Shown: one piece after another, positions 49,623 through 62,180 of the stretch
Numbering within the stretch: the first letter of the stretch is position 1
Layout of the letters: each line of letters opens with the position of its first letter
Source of the DNA: Malacoraja senta
Lineage: Eukaryota
NCBI GenBank assembly: GCA_038087875.1
Contig: CM075998.1
Location: forward strand, 5,642,001 to 5,706,000
Direction of reading: 5' to 3'
Length of the DNA: 64,000 nt
Notes under the pieces: generated by a model
Database searches by the model: none
What the model was told of the DNA's origin: nothing
The model's input: only the letters and a program-made list of their open reading frames with translations
Position numbers and translations under genes: made by a program

Positions 49623-50189
49623 ATTATAATTATTATTATTATTACCAGTAATTATCCAAAAGGATTGGACAATCTTGAAAGCATTATAATACATTTGCCA
49701 TCACCTTGAGAATTAGCCATAAGAGGACATTGCCTGTACCAAGCTCTTCCAACTGTTACAACTCAGACCACGGCCGTTGTACCACCTTGGCAGAAATGCC
49801 CCATTCTTTAAGGGGTATTTTAATGGTGCCATTCAACAATGGCAAGGGTCTACGATGAATGGGATAGCACAGTCTAGGGTGAATGGGATAGGTGTGGTCA
49901 AGGCCGGCCTTAGGAGGTGCGGGGCCCAATTGGGAACAATTTTGGTGAGCACCAGGTTCCCAGCCAAGGTCTGTGGAATCATAGAAATACAAATAAAGTA
50001 TAGACTTTATATATCTATGGTAGAATGGAAAGTAATCAAAATGTGCGCTTAAACAGTGCCTGCGAGTTAATGGACCAAACAGATCTAAGCTACATTTTAA
50101 TATAAAATTGCATACATGTAAGCCTACAAGTAACAAACAACATGTGTAGATCACCTCTGAAAAGTACATAGTTACAATAGTTAGTTAGT

Positions 50190-50285
50190 TAGTGTGTGAG
50201 TGCGAGTGCGAGTGCGAGTGCGAGTGCGAGTGCGAGTGCGAGTGCGAGTGCGAGTGCGAGTGCGAGTGCGCGTGCGCGTGCGCGT

Positions 50286-50316
<31 letters not shown>

Positions 50317-50613
50317 CGCGCGTGCATTATGTGTGTGTGTGTGGGAGGGAAGGAGAGAAGGGAGGAAGGAGAGAAGGGAGTGAGGGAAGTAGAGAAAGAA
50401 GGGAGGGGGGAAGTAGAGAAAGAAGGGAGGGAGGGAAGGAGAGAAGGGAAAAGAGAGAGAGGAAGGAGGGAGGGAAGGAGAGAAGGGAGGGAGGGAAGGA
50501 GAGAAGGGAGGGAAGGAGAGAAGGGAGGAAGGTGAGAAGGGAGGAAGGTGAGAAGGGAGTGAGGGAAGTAGAGAAAGAAGGGAGGGGGGGGAAGTAGAGA
50601 AAGAAGGGGGGGA
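50190..50613. repeat. (GAGTGC)n, (GT)n and a polypurine tract
   Basis: Directly visible low-complexity sequence. Confidence 0.95.
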
Positions 50614-50744
50614 NNNNNNNNNNNNNNNNNNNNNNNNNNNNNNNNNNNNNNNNNNNNNNNNNNNNNNNNNNNNNNNNNNNNNNNNNNNNNNNNNNNNNNN
50701 NNNNNNNNNNNNNNNNNNNNNNNNNNNNNNNNNNNNNNNNNNNN
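50614..50744. other. Assembly gap (131 N)
   Basis: Run of N. Confidence 0.99.
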
Positions 50745-51696
50745 TGGGAGCGGATGCCAGGGTCCGGGCGAACGTGTGTGAGCTGAGGCCGAGGTTTGTA
50801 AACGTTGCTCCAAACCCCGGCCTGGCCCTCCCTGTAGTGTTCACTGCGTCTCCCCGGGGAGAGAGAGGGGTGGAGCCGGGGCTGTGTGCGTGAAGCACGG
50901 TGACTGGAGGGGCGGGAACGCTGCCCTGGGACTGTGAGGGACCTCCCCTTCTCCAGTCCCCCTCACACCCCCCTCCCTGTCTACCCCTTTTTTCTCCCTC
51001 CACCCCTCTACTCTCTCTCCACCCCTCTCTCCCCCCTCCACCCGGGGTAGATCTACCCGAGCCGAGAGTAGATTACTCCAAAGATCCTAGAGCGGAGCTT
51101 TGGATTACTCCAGCGCGGGGGCCCCCTTAGGCGCGGGGCCCAATTGGGAGCAATCGGTCCAATCGGCTTAAGGCCGGCTCTGGGTGCATAAAGTGTCTGG
51201 TGTGGTGCATAAAGTGTCTGCCAAAGAAAGCTGGCAGTGATGAATGAACCTAGTCAGTAATGGTTAGTCAAACTTCTACAGTCTCATTTGAGATCCACAA
51301 ACCTGTCTTTATTAAGGTGGTGGAGATCTTCAAAAGCTTCACATTCCTGGGTGTGCATATCTCTGAAGATCTGTCCTGGACCCAGCACATTGATGCAATC
51401 ATGAAGAAAGCCCATCAACACCTCAACTTCTGTAGAAGATTGAGGAGATTGGTATGTTAATGAATTTGAACTTCTACTGCACAGTAGAGAGCATATTGAC
51501 TGGTTGCATTGCAGCCTGGTTCAGTAACTTGAACGCCCAGGAAGAAAGAAGACCGCAAAAAGTGGTGAACACTGCTCAGTCCATCACGAATACTGACCTC
51601 CCCATCAGCGAATGGATCTACAAGAGTCACTGTCTCAAAAAGGTATAGGAGCCTGAAAACTGTAATTCTCTACCTCAGAAGGCAGTGGAGCCCAAT

Positions 51697-52731
51697 AAGC
51701 GAGTTTGGTATTCCGAAAAACGCAAGGAGTCATGGGATTTGTCAAAGGTCACTCGCTGTAAAGAAAAAGCGAACAAAGCGCTGGCTGTACAAACTGTGTA
51801 TAAATTCTTATCTTTATTCATGATTTATGTGTAAAAATATATTTAATCTGAGGAACAGGGTGCCAAGTAGTGGGGTGCAACAGCGAGAGAGAGGGGGCTT
51901 TTGCGAGTGGGAGACAGGGGAGAGCGAGCACACAGACCCGCGCCTCATCCGCAGCCAGGATCGAACCCGGATCCCCGGCGCCGCAAACGCTGCCGAACCG
52001 TCACTGGACCGTCCCTGCCCCCCCGTCTCCCACTCGTATCTGCCCCCTCTCTCTCGCTGTTACACCCCACTCTCCTGCTATCTGGCACCGGCTCTCCCTG
52101 TCCCGCCGGGAATGACTGCGGCGGCCCCGGGCTTGCAGCCGGCGTGGAGGGGGGGGGGCGCTAGCTCCAGCTTTGCTCTGCCTGTCCCGCCGGGTTGGCC
52201 GGCAGCCCTGTACTGGCGGCGGCCCCAGGCTTGCAGCCGGCGTGTGGGGGGCGCTAGCTCCAGCTTTGCTCTGCCTGTCCCGCCGGGTTGGCCAGCAACC
52301 CTGTACTGGCGGCGGCCCCAGGCTTGCAGCCGGCGCGTGGGGGGGGGGGGGGGGGGGGGCTGGCTCCAGCTTAGTTTTGCCTGGACTGGCGGTGGCAGCC
52401 CCGTACTTGCAGCCGGCGCGGAGGGGGGGCGCTGGCTCCAACTCGGCTCTGCCTGTCCCACCAGGTTGACCGGTAGCCCTGGACTGCAAGTCCGGGGCCT
52501 CCACCGCCCCGCCAGCCCAGGGCCACCCCGAACCCCTTCGGATAGGGACGGGACACCCAGCAGGGGACGGGGACGGCCCACCAGCAACTCAACAGCGCTA
52601 GAGACCCGGGCCCGACCCCGACCATGGACGAAGCGCAAGCCTGCACACAACGCAGCATTACAGTTGTCGAGAATGTTTATAGCGATTGACCTGTGACCTG
52701 GGCATGCGCAGTTGGAATACCGAACTCGCTT
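51697..52731. mobile_element. ISL2EU-like non-autonomous DNA transposon (AT TSD)
   Basis: 20-bp TIR AAGCGAGTT(T/C)GGTATTCC(G/A)A; interrupts the CR1 sequence CCAATTCTCTGG and duplicates AT. Confidence 0.85.
52118..52485. repeat. GC-rich tandem repeat (~85-95 bp units) inside the ISL2EU-like element
   Basis: GGCGGCCCCAGGCTTGCAGCCGGCG...GCTCCAGCTTTGCTCTGCCTGTCCC recurs about four times. Confidence 0.85.
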
Positions 52732-53274
52732 ATTCTCTGGATGCTTTTAAGAGAGAGCTAGACAGGGCTCTTAAAGATAGCGGAGTCAGGGGATATGGGG
52801 AGAAGGCAGGAACAGGGTACTGATTGTGGATGATCACGCATGCTCACAGTGAATGGCGGTGCTGGCTTGAAGGGCTGAATGGCCTACTCCTGCACCTATT
52901 GTCTATTGTCCAGGTTCAGGAGCAGCTTCTTCCCAACTACCCATTAGGCTATTAAACATTACAACCTCCAAATAGGCTCAGAACCATATAGACTTGGGGG
53001 CATTCTTTTTGACTTTGCACCATTATTGTCTATATATTTGTCTGTTTTTTTAATATGTATTGAACTTTTGTTGTTGTTATTATGGGTTTCACAGTGTACT
53101 ATGTTAACATATGTGCTGTGCTGCTGCAAGTAACAATGTCATTGTTCTGTTTCTGGACAATAAAACTCTCTCAAGAGACTCAGTCATTGGGTTTACCCTT
53201 TAGTGGTGAATGAGGTGATCTAAAATCAAAGCCACATTCTGACTATCTTGCTTGTTTTGTTCTCACCTATATGT

Positions 53275-53586
53275 AGAGTCATAGAGTGATACAACGTGGA
53301 AACAGGCCCTTCGGCCCAACTTGCCAACATGTCCCATCTACACTAGTCCCACCTGCCCGTGTTTGGTTCATATCCCTCCAAACCTGTCCTATCTATGTAC
53401 CTGTCTAACTGTTTCTTAAACATTGGGATAGTCCCAGCCTCAACTACCTCCTCTGGCAGCTTGTTCCATACATCCACCACCCTTTGTGTGGAAACGTTAC
53501 CCCTCGGATTCCTATTAAATCTTTTGCCCCTCACCTTGAACCTATGTCCTCTGATCCTTGATTCACCTACTATGGGTAAGAGACTT
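53275..53586 (-). mobile_element. CR1-type LINE 3' fragment
   Basis: ORF 53343-53702; same subfamily as 21463-21797. Confidence 0.9.
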
Positions 53587-54257
53587 TGTCCACCGATGCT
53601 TTTAAATATAGGTATTACCAATGGGCTGTAAAGCTGAATGACATATGCATAATATTCACACCTGGAATAGAGTTCATTGCAAAGTTCAGAAATTAGATGC
53701 AAAATTCCCTTTGGAGGAAATCATGCCTGGAAGTGAAATGTCCCTCCCATTCCACCATACTGGATGGATAGACATTTATTATGAGATGGATGGAAAGATA
53801 TTGCATTTTATCAACTTTAGTTTTGGCTTGTTCCAAATGAACTGAACAACGCTAGCTACTTTGTAAAGAAATCATAGGGCTTTGGTGATAGTGCCCATTG
53901 TTGACAAGGACGCTGGCAGAGACAAAGCTAAATTCTATTCAAATTCAATTATTCTTACATACTGCTTCCAAGTCCACATTTTTTCTGTTGTTGATTTCAT
54001 GATGCAGTCAATATCCAGCACAAACAATGCTGGCTAATTGTACTCAAATGTACTCTGGCAATGAACTCAAAAAGCTCAGGAAGCTTTCTATCAATATGGA
54101 CCCAGTTACTTGTGTGGACATAAATGCCCTTATTAATGATACTGGACACTGTAACAAGAGGGTGTCAAAAGTTATTTCAATCAATAGAGGCAACATGTAC
54201 GATGAATTCAATGTCCTTGTGTTGGTTAACTCCCACCAGCATTGTGAAAACCTAAAC

Positions 54258-54380
54258 ACGAGGAACTGCAGATACTGGTTTACACAAAAAAACTCACAAT
54301 GGGCTAGAGTAACAAAAAGTCAAGCAGCATCTCTAGGGAACATGGATAGGTGGCGTTACTGGTCGGGACCCTTCTTCTGA
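54258..54380 (-). mobile_element. Diverged PLE terminal unit
   Basis: GGAACTGCAGATACTGG...GACCCTTCTTCTGA. Confidence 0.7.
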
Positions 54381-55218
54381 TTGAATCAGATCAATATTTA
54401 TTATTGCTAGTCTGCTTTAGATCGCTTGCTTTTACAAAAATACACAAGGATACCTTTGTGTCTATGTGGCAATTCAGCGGACAAGAAGAATCAGGTTTTG
54501 GATAAGAGCTTCTATACATGGGACTGGCTAGCTCGGAATACGCTCGTCGAGAACATGAACGTTTCCGTCTGGCTCATGAAAATAAACAATAGTTTATTTG
54601 AATGGTAGAAAAATTAGGACAGTATATTTTTGATTTGAAAGATGAATTTCAGGAAACATTAGTTAAATAAATCTTGATTCTCAAAACCCCACAACACTGC
54701 AGCTCAATATAGAGGCCGCATCTTACAGGTTTCCTGCACGTAATCTTTAAATAAACAATGACGGTAGATTTAAGGAATGCGCCTACTGTTCAAATACAAA
54801 GTGAAATTTAGACAACGATTTCCAAACAGTTTACCACATGGACAAAAAACGTAAAAAATAAATGGTCATCTCAACAAGATGTTTGCATTCCATTGTAATG
54901 TTTCAAACTCAATTAAAATTATTTTCCTTTGTCTCAGCTATGGTTCCATTAGAAGTTCTTTGAATCTGACTCTCCAATAAACAAACACTTCCTCAAGAAA
55001 ATTTGGCAAATTGCACGTCAACATTTGTGGTGAATTTTCACTCAATTGTAACGTTGCCCAACTGTAATTATTTTGCCTCCTCGGAAGCGCTGCATGCAAT
55101 ATCTATCACCACATATGGAGCAAGTGACTGGTCATCTTTGTGTTAGCCTGCCAAAAGGACCAAGGCCAGAGAAGAGCATGAAGTTGAAATCGATATTAAC
55201 AAAATGGTGACTGTATTT

Positions 55219-55455
55219 GAACATAGAACAGTACAGTACAGGAACACACCCTTTAACCAACAATGTGCCAATTATGATGCCAAGATAAACAAATCTCCTC
55301 TGATATCCATATCCCTCCATCTGCTGTATATCCACGGCGTGCCTATCTAATTGTCTCTACATTGCTGCTATCGTATCTGCTTCCACCACCACTCTTGGCA
55401 GCGTGATCCAGGCCCCCACCCTGTGTGTACAAAAAAGATGCCCCGCATATTTCCA
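55219..55455 (-). mobile_element. Old CR1-type 3' end
   Basis: AACATAGAACAGTACAG..., CACCACTCTTGGCAGCG. Confidence 0.7.
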
Positions 55456-55584
55456 TTTCAGGGAAAATCCTTGAAGAAATAGATTTTTTCTAAATTTGCA
55501 TCCCAGATGCAAGCTTCACCAATGTAATTTTTGAATAGTGGTGGTTTTGTTTCAACAACTGAATAATGAGCTAACTCAATCACC

Positions 55585-56140
55585 TAGAAACATAGAAACA
55601 TAGAAATTAGGTGCAGGAGTAGGCCATTCGGCCCTTCGAGCCTGCACCGCCATTCAATATGATCATGGCTGATCATCCAACTCAGTATCCCGTACCTGCC
55701 TTCTCTCCATACCCTCTGATCCCTTTAGCCACAAGGGCCACATCTAACTCCCTCTTAAATATAGCCAATGAATTGGCCTCGACTACCCTCTGTGGCAGAG
55801 AGTTCCAGAGATTCACCACTCTCTGTGTGAAAAAAGTTCTTCTCATCTCGGTTTTAAAGGATTTCCCCCTTATCCTTAAGCTGTGACCCCTTGTCCTGGA
55901 CTTCCCCAACATCGGGAGCAATCTTCCTGCATCTAGCCTGTCCAACCCCTTAAGAATTTTGTAAGTTTCTATAAGATCCCCTCTCAATCTCCTAAATTCT
56001 AGAGAGTATAAACCAAGTCTATCCAGTCTTTCTTCATAAGACAGTCCTGACATCCCAGGAATCAGTCTGGTGAACCTTCTCTGCACTCCCTCTATGGCAA
56101 TAATGTCCTTCCTCAGATTTGGAGACCAAAACTGTACGCA
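55585..56140 (-). mobile_element. Young CR1/HER1 LINE 3' part
   Basis: ORF 55682-56086; (TTTCTATG)n tail. Confidence 0.95.
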
Positions 56141-57007
56141 GCTAGATCAGCGTACACTATATTAGGGGTGGACATCAGCCTCCCTTCATGTAGAACTTGC
56201 AATGGAAACTTGTATTCTAGCACAGCAGGTTTTACAAACTCGTCTGTCATCCTAATTTTTCACTTTGTGTTCACCACCAAGCCACCCTCCTTGATCAGCA
56301 CCACCTCACTCTTCCTTGCAATGTTACAAGAGCAGGATCGAGCCACAAAATCATTCTGGCCACAGTGTTGCTTCTTGTCCAAGCCTTTGAAGATACATGT
56401 AATATCGTAGTGATCGCACTTGATATTTCTGTCAAGTATGTAAGAATCAAAGGGCTCCTTGCCAGTCAGCCACATTTAAAGAAGCTACAAGAAGGATAAC
56501 CAGGTATAAGGGGAAAATTCATGACAAAAATTACTGCTAGCCGTGTGGAATGATGTAATCAACACAGTGCACTTTCAAGGCATAATAATGGTGAGTGCAC
56601 AAAATGTGCAGAGTCGTGTAGTGTAGAAACAAAATTCTTTTGTCGTTCCTATCTTGATGCATCCTCAAGCTATGGAGGATAATTTGTAGAATGAGTCTGA
56701 CAGCAATCAGGCTCTTATAACCACCTTTCTCTTTACCCAATCAACTTTCGGCTCCCACGTGCAAAATTAATACTTGACATTTGGTGTAAATGTAAGACAG
56801 CCTGAATCAATGTCAGAATTGTGGATTCACCATGACAGCTCTGAAATGTATCAAATGGTGGAACTGCTTCAATCTTGGGATACCAAGAGGCCCAAATGCT
56901 GATCATATTGTGTTGCAGTTACAGGATACCCCAATCAGAAGATGAAAGACTGAACTGCGGCTCAATAACTTGAACATGCAAAAGACTGCAACGCTGAGTG
57001 TTCGTTC

Positions 57008-57277
57008 CAATAGACAATAGGTGCAGGAGTGGGCCATTCGGCCCTTCGAGCCAGCACCGCCATTCAATATGATCATGGCTGATCATCCCCAATCAGTACC
57101 CCATACCTGCCTTCTCCCCATATCCCCTGACTCAGCTATCTTTAAGAGCCCTATCTAGATCTCTCTTGAAAGTATCCAGAGAACCTGCCTCCACTGTGGC
57201 AGAGAATTCCACAGACTCACAACTCTCTGTGAGAAAAAGTGTTTCCTCATCTCCGTTCTAAATGGCTTACCCCTTGT
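57008..57277 (-). mobile_element. CR1-type 3' end
   Basis: CAATAGACAATAGGTGCAGGAG... Confidence 0.9.
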
Positions 57278-58387
57278 TCCCTGCTATGGTGCCTTGCCTC
57301 TCTGCCCTGGCTGCATCAGCCTACACGAGGCACACAGTAATTATGCAATCATTGCACATGCCTCACACATACTGAGCTTTGCTTTATGCATTTCTCAATG
57401 TGGCCTCAGGCTCTACCTTGTAATCCATTTCTTGGTCTTCAATTGACAGACGATCTTAATCACTGTCATGATTGACCAAATTTGGTATTCAAACACAGGG
57501 GTGTGGGTATGGCAATGGTGGTTGATGCAATGTGAAGGTGGAGAGATGACAGAACAAAGAGCAGAAGCAGGACACCATTAATCATCAGCACAGCTGCGGC
57601 ACCAAGAAAGAGGAGGCGCTCACAGTCCATGCTTGCCGTACCAAATGAGCGCCTGAAGCATCTGAGCAAACTTCCCCCTCCCCAAAGCCACACCACTATC
57701 CCACACCTGCTTCACGCAGCTGTTATCATGGTGGTAAGTGATAGGTCACGCATAGGTTAAGCAGATGCCACTGCAGTAGATTTTAGTGGGAAGAAAACAA
57801 CAAGCTCACCCAGCAAGGCACAATGTTAAAATTGCAGCTACTCACTTACAACTCCAGCAATGTCACTTGACACGGTTGAAATATGAAATACTGAGAGCAG
57901 AGTTGTGGTGCACCCCCTCCTGCACACAGATTAATTTTACAAGCAGCAATTATAATGTTTAACACTTGACTACTTTCTGTTTATTCCATTTGCACAGCTG
58001 GTACTTTTGAATGGCATGCCATACAAATCTTCTCTGCATACATCACGCTCGTCCGAGCAGTGAACATTTTATGCCTAGAATTATGTTTGAATACCAAATT
58101 TGGTCATTTATGCTGGAAGTGAATTTTCTCTTTTGCCGTCTAAACACAATTCTTTATTCTGCATATTTTAAAGCATAAACCGTAGAATATAAAGTTACAT
58201 ACGGCAACATAAACACTTCAGACTTGTGAATGGCATACTACTTAATCCTCTCTTGCATTTCACAGCTGTTTAAATCACGCAGGTTTACAGAAATGCGACT
58301 GAAACCTGGTAGGGTTTTAATGGAGGGCCAGATGATCACATTTAAGGGCTTCTGCTATGATCCGATTGCCATTGAGAATCTGGTGTC

Positions 58388-58690
58388 AATCTGCCATGGG
58401 AAGAGATTACGAGGCGCACAGGGGAAAGGATTCAAAGATGTGCTAAAGGCCACCTTGATGAAGTGCAACATTCCCACTGCCTCGTGGGAATCTCTGGTCC
58501 TTGACTTCTCAAAGTGGAGGAGGAGCATTTGGGACAATGTCGAGAGCCTCACGGGAAGCACACGGAGGCCCTACAGAATCAGTGGAGGGACAGCAGACCC
58601 CAGACTGTACACCCACCCACCCGTCCCATCTGTGGATGAGTGCGTGGGTCTCACGTTGACAGCATCAGTCACCTCAGAACCTCAGTCACC
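58388..58690 (+). mobile_element. RTE-clade LINE C-terminal fragment
   Basis: HGKRLRGAQGKGFKDVLKATLMKCNIPTASWESL...KWRRSI. Confidence 0.8.
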
Positions 58691-58734
58691 TTTGGCCAAG
58701 CATTCTACTTTTTGCTGTCCTTTAAGGTCTCTGT

Positions 58735-59862
58735 CAAAAAGATGAAGGAGCTAGTCATCAACTTCAGGAAGCGTGATGGCCCGGTGGCGCAGCGGTAGAG
58801 TTGCTGCCTTACAGCGCCAGAGACCCGGGCTCCATCATGACTACAGGTGCTTGTCTGCACGGAGTTTGTACGTTCACCTCGTGACCGAGTGGGTTTTATC
58901 CGGGATCTCCAGTTTCCTCCCACACTCCAAAGACATACAGGTTTGGAGGTTAATTGGTTTGGTATAAATGTATATTGTCCCTAGTGTGTGTAGGATAGTG
59001 TTAGTGTGTGGGGATCGCTGGTCGGCACGGACCCAGTGGGCCGAAGGCCTGTTTCCGCGCTGTATCTCTAAAACTAAAACTAAACTACCGCATGGTGGAG
59101 TACACGCCTCAATCAGTATTAATGGTGCCAAAGTGGAAATGGTTCAGTGCTTGGAGTCAATATTACCAACGATCTGCTATGGACCAACCACATTGAAGCG
59201 GCAGCCAAGAAGGCATACCAATGCCGCTACTTCCTGAGGAGTCCGGGGGTAAGCCATTTAGAACGGAGATGAGGCACACTTCCACAGGTGCACCAGAGAA
59301 AGCATACTCTCAGGTTGAATCACAGCTTGAGTTGGGAATAGCTCTGCACAAGACCACAAGGAATTGCAGAGTGTGATTGAGGTAGCCCAGTCCATCACAC
59401 AGACCCGACTCCCCACCAATAGGTAACTCCATCTACACTTCACGTTGCCTCAGGAAAGCAGCCAATAGAATCAGAGACTTGTCCCTGTCCCATCACAATA
59501 ATATCTCCTTCACCCTCCACTCCCGTCGGGCAGAAGGCACAGAAGCGTGTAAGCGTGCACCACCAGACTTCGGAACAGCTTCTTCTCCTCTATTATCAGG
59601 CTTCTGAACAGCACTTCAGTAAACTACGGAGCTGTTCGATCCACCACTACCTCACTGCGGACATTGCACTTTGTCTGTTGGACAGATGCACTACAATGCT
59701 GAGAACTATATTCTGCATCTTCCCCTTTGCTCTATTGTACTTGCGTTTGGCTTGATTGCATCAATGTATAGTATTATCTGATTTAATTGGGTAGCCTGCA
59801 AAATGGAGCTTTTCTCTGTATCTCGACACGTGACAATAATAAACCCAAACCTAAACCGAAAA
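58735..59862 (+). mobile_element. Rex1/Babar-type remnant with a nested HE1 SINE (58778-59087)
   Basis: K.KELVINFRK, SINGAKVEMV, TTRLRNSFFSSIIRLLN; GTGACAATAATAAA tail. Confidence 0.8.
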
Positions 59863-60888
59863 AAGGTCCAGTTTGCCTGGTCAATGATCAGTGTGCATCC
59901 ATCATCCTTGGCTCCAGCGGCTTGTATTTTAAAATTGCTAATGAGGTCCTAATGCTAGGAAAGGATCTCGACTCGAAACACTTTGTAAAGTGACTCCCAC
60001 CTGCTTCTGCCAGGAGTAACCGGCACCATTTAAAATGAAAAATGGAAATTGAAAATTGCACCAGGTATGCTTTGAACACCCAAGAAACAATCACTGTTTC
60101 ACAGCCATTTTGATCAGTATGACCATTTTGACCAATATGATCGCCATGATCATATTGAATGGCCTACTCCTGCACCTATTTTTCTATGTTTTTTCTATTT
60201 TACTGCTAGAGGCATCATAAGCGAGATGGGCAGCATGGGAAAATGACCCAACACAAATCCGGTAGGCACCATGAGAAAGTAACCGGATTTCACCTTGGCA
60301 GGCAGCAAGGAATAATCACACTGCCACTTGGTTAGTAAACATGGTTCCCAAGTCAGTGGAGGTTATTGGGGGATGTTTTACAGATTGCCTTTGGCATTTT
60401 ACAAGTGATAAGGATTACTGTACAAGTGGGAATGCTCAAATTCAATATTTACAATTCAGAGAGCCCAGACTAATAGACTCATTCAAACAGTACCTACAGC
60501 AGGATGTAATCCTGTCTTGGGACAAACAGAACATTATCCCCTCGAAATTACCACGGGTGATTTGATCATTCATAGCAAATAACAAAGCTGTCAGAAAAAT
60601 AATTAGTCAATCCTGCAACAGAGTCATAGTGATGAAGAAAACATATTGTGTATAAAGCTGGCAAAATACAATTGTTACGAGTCATTTTGACAAACCCTTT
60701 CTCCTGCATTATTTCTTCAATTGTGCATATTTTCCATGTGATTGGTATGTCTTACTGGGTGACTGATAAAGACTCACCCAACGTTCAGATGATCCACAAG
60801 GGCTTCAGTGAGACGTGTAGCAGCCACAACAGCTTCCCTCCGCCGCTTTTCTGAAAGGAAATGAAGGAGCATTATTGGTGATGAACTG

Positions 60889-61045
60889 CAGATGTTGGTT
60901 TACACCAAAGATAGACACAAAATGCTGGAGTTACTCAGCGGGTCAGACTGAAGTAGGGTCTCGACCCGAAACGTCACCCATTCCTTCTATCCAGAGATGC
61001 TGCCTATCCATCCCGCTGAGTTATTCCAGCATTTTGTGTCTATCT
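60889..61045. mobile_element. PLE fold-back mini-unit with 14-bp flanking duplication
   Basis: TTGGTGATGAACTG at 60875-60888 and 61046-61059. Confidence 0.85.
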
Positions 61046-61422
61046 TTGGTGATGAACTGTATGATTTTGCGATTCTATCCTCATCACCTGAAGAGGGGGA
61101 TGAATAACAACCACAAGCAAGTGACAAAAGATGCAATTCTAAATAACTGCTGCTTTTTATCAAAATGCACTCTTGGAACATTGCACGAGAAGCGACCAGC
61201 TCAAGTCCATTCATCTGTGTAGGAATGGAAATGAAGACCAAAATTGTATCAAATTGCCCCAATTTATTTATTTTGTGTTGTCATTTGATTGCACATTGAC
61301 AGACAATAGTGGGAATTAATCTCAGCTATACCTCTGCAACATTCTGAAAGCAGCCATTAAACTGCCGAGAATATACATTATAACCTTCTCCCTGTCCTCA
61401 CGTAAATGGCTGATTGTAGCAA

Positions 61423-61602
61423 GAGACACAAGGAACTGCAGATGCTGGATTCTTGAGCAAAACACAAAGTGCTGGAGGAACTTAGCAGGTCAGGCAGCAT
61501 CTGTGGAGTGACTGAATGGGTGACGTTTCAGGCTGGGACCCTTCTTCTGAAACGTCACCGAACATTCCCTCCACAGATGCTGCCTGACCCACGGAGTTAC
61601 TC
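61423..61602. mobile_element. PLE fold-back unit
   Basis: Inverted GGTCAGGCAGCATCTGTGGAG arms. Confidence 0.8.
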
Positions 61603-62039
61603 TTGTTTAGCAGAAGACTGGGGGAAGGAACAACGCAGTTAGAACCTGTTAAATGTAAACATGTTAAAATAAATTGTCATGGAAGAACTGCAGTTTTAGA
61701 GATTTTACTAATGTCACATTAAGATACTAGGAACCCATCCAAAAGAACCAATCTTCTGTTTTAATTAAAAAATTATCTTCTCCATGCCCATCACTCCCTT
61801 GCAAAATGAGAGGTTATGCCATATGTACAAGCAGCTCTCCAATACTTCACCAACCTTACATATATGCCAAGTAGGAAGTCCTCATGTGGCAAGTGTACTG
61901 TCTGCTGATCAGAACAGCAACCATTCCCAAACTCCTCAAGCTAACAGGAGTTATCAGTCACCAATCATCTGTCCACTCAGTACAGTAAAAAGACTGAACC
62001 AGAGGCCTTTTTCACCTGTGAAGATCAGCATTACATTGT

Positions 62040-62180
62040 TCATGAGTTCGTAAGTGATAGGAGCAGAATTAGGCCATTCGGCCCATCAAGTCTAGTCCAC
62101 CGTTCAATCATGGCTGATCTATCATTCCCTCAACCCCATTCTCCTGCCTTCTCCCCATACCCCCTGACAGCCATACTAAT
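62040..62180 (-). mobile_element. CR1-type 3' end
   Basis: Reverse-complement match to 41570-41698. Confidence 0.85.

Larger units (their letters stand above)
49899..51182. mobile_element. hAT-like non-autonomous element containing microsatellites and an assembly gap
   Basis: Ends CAAGGCCGGCCTTA and TAAGGCCGGCTCTG; GCGGGGCCCAATTGGGA motif near both ends; GGTGTGGT at 49891-49898 and 51199-51206. Confidence 0.8.
51295..53180 (+). mobile_element. Rex1/Babar-type remnant hosting a CR1 3' end, which in turn hosts an ISL2EU-like element
   Basis: SFTFLGVHISEDLSWTQH, NFYCTVESILTGCIAAWF; resumes at ~52909 (TCCAGGTTCAGGAGCAGCTTC); GACAATAAA tail. Confidence 0.8.

Noticed and set aside
50181-51003. 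Long ORFs across the gap
   Set aside because: Low-complexity repeats and Ns.
51827-52696. 289-aa Pro/Gly-rich ORF as a possible transposase
   Set aside because: No DDE, THAP or YqaJ-like motifs; arises from the GC-rich tandem repeat.
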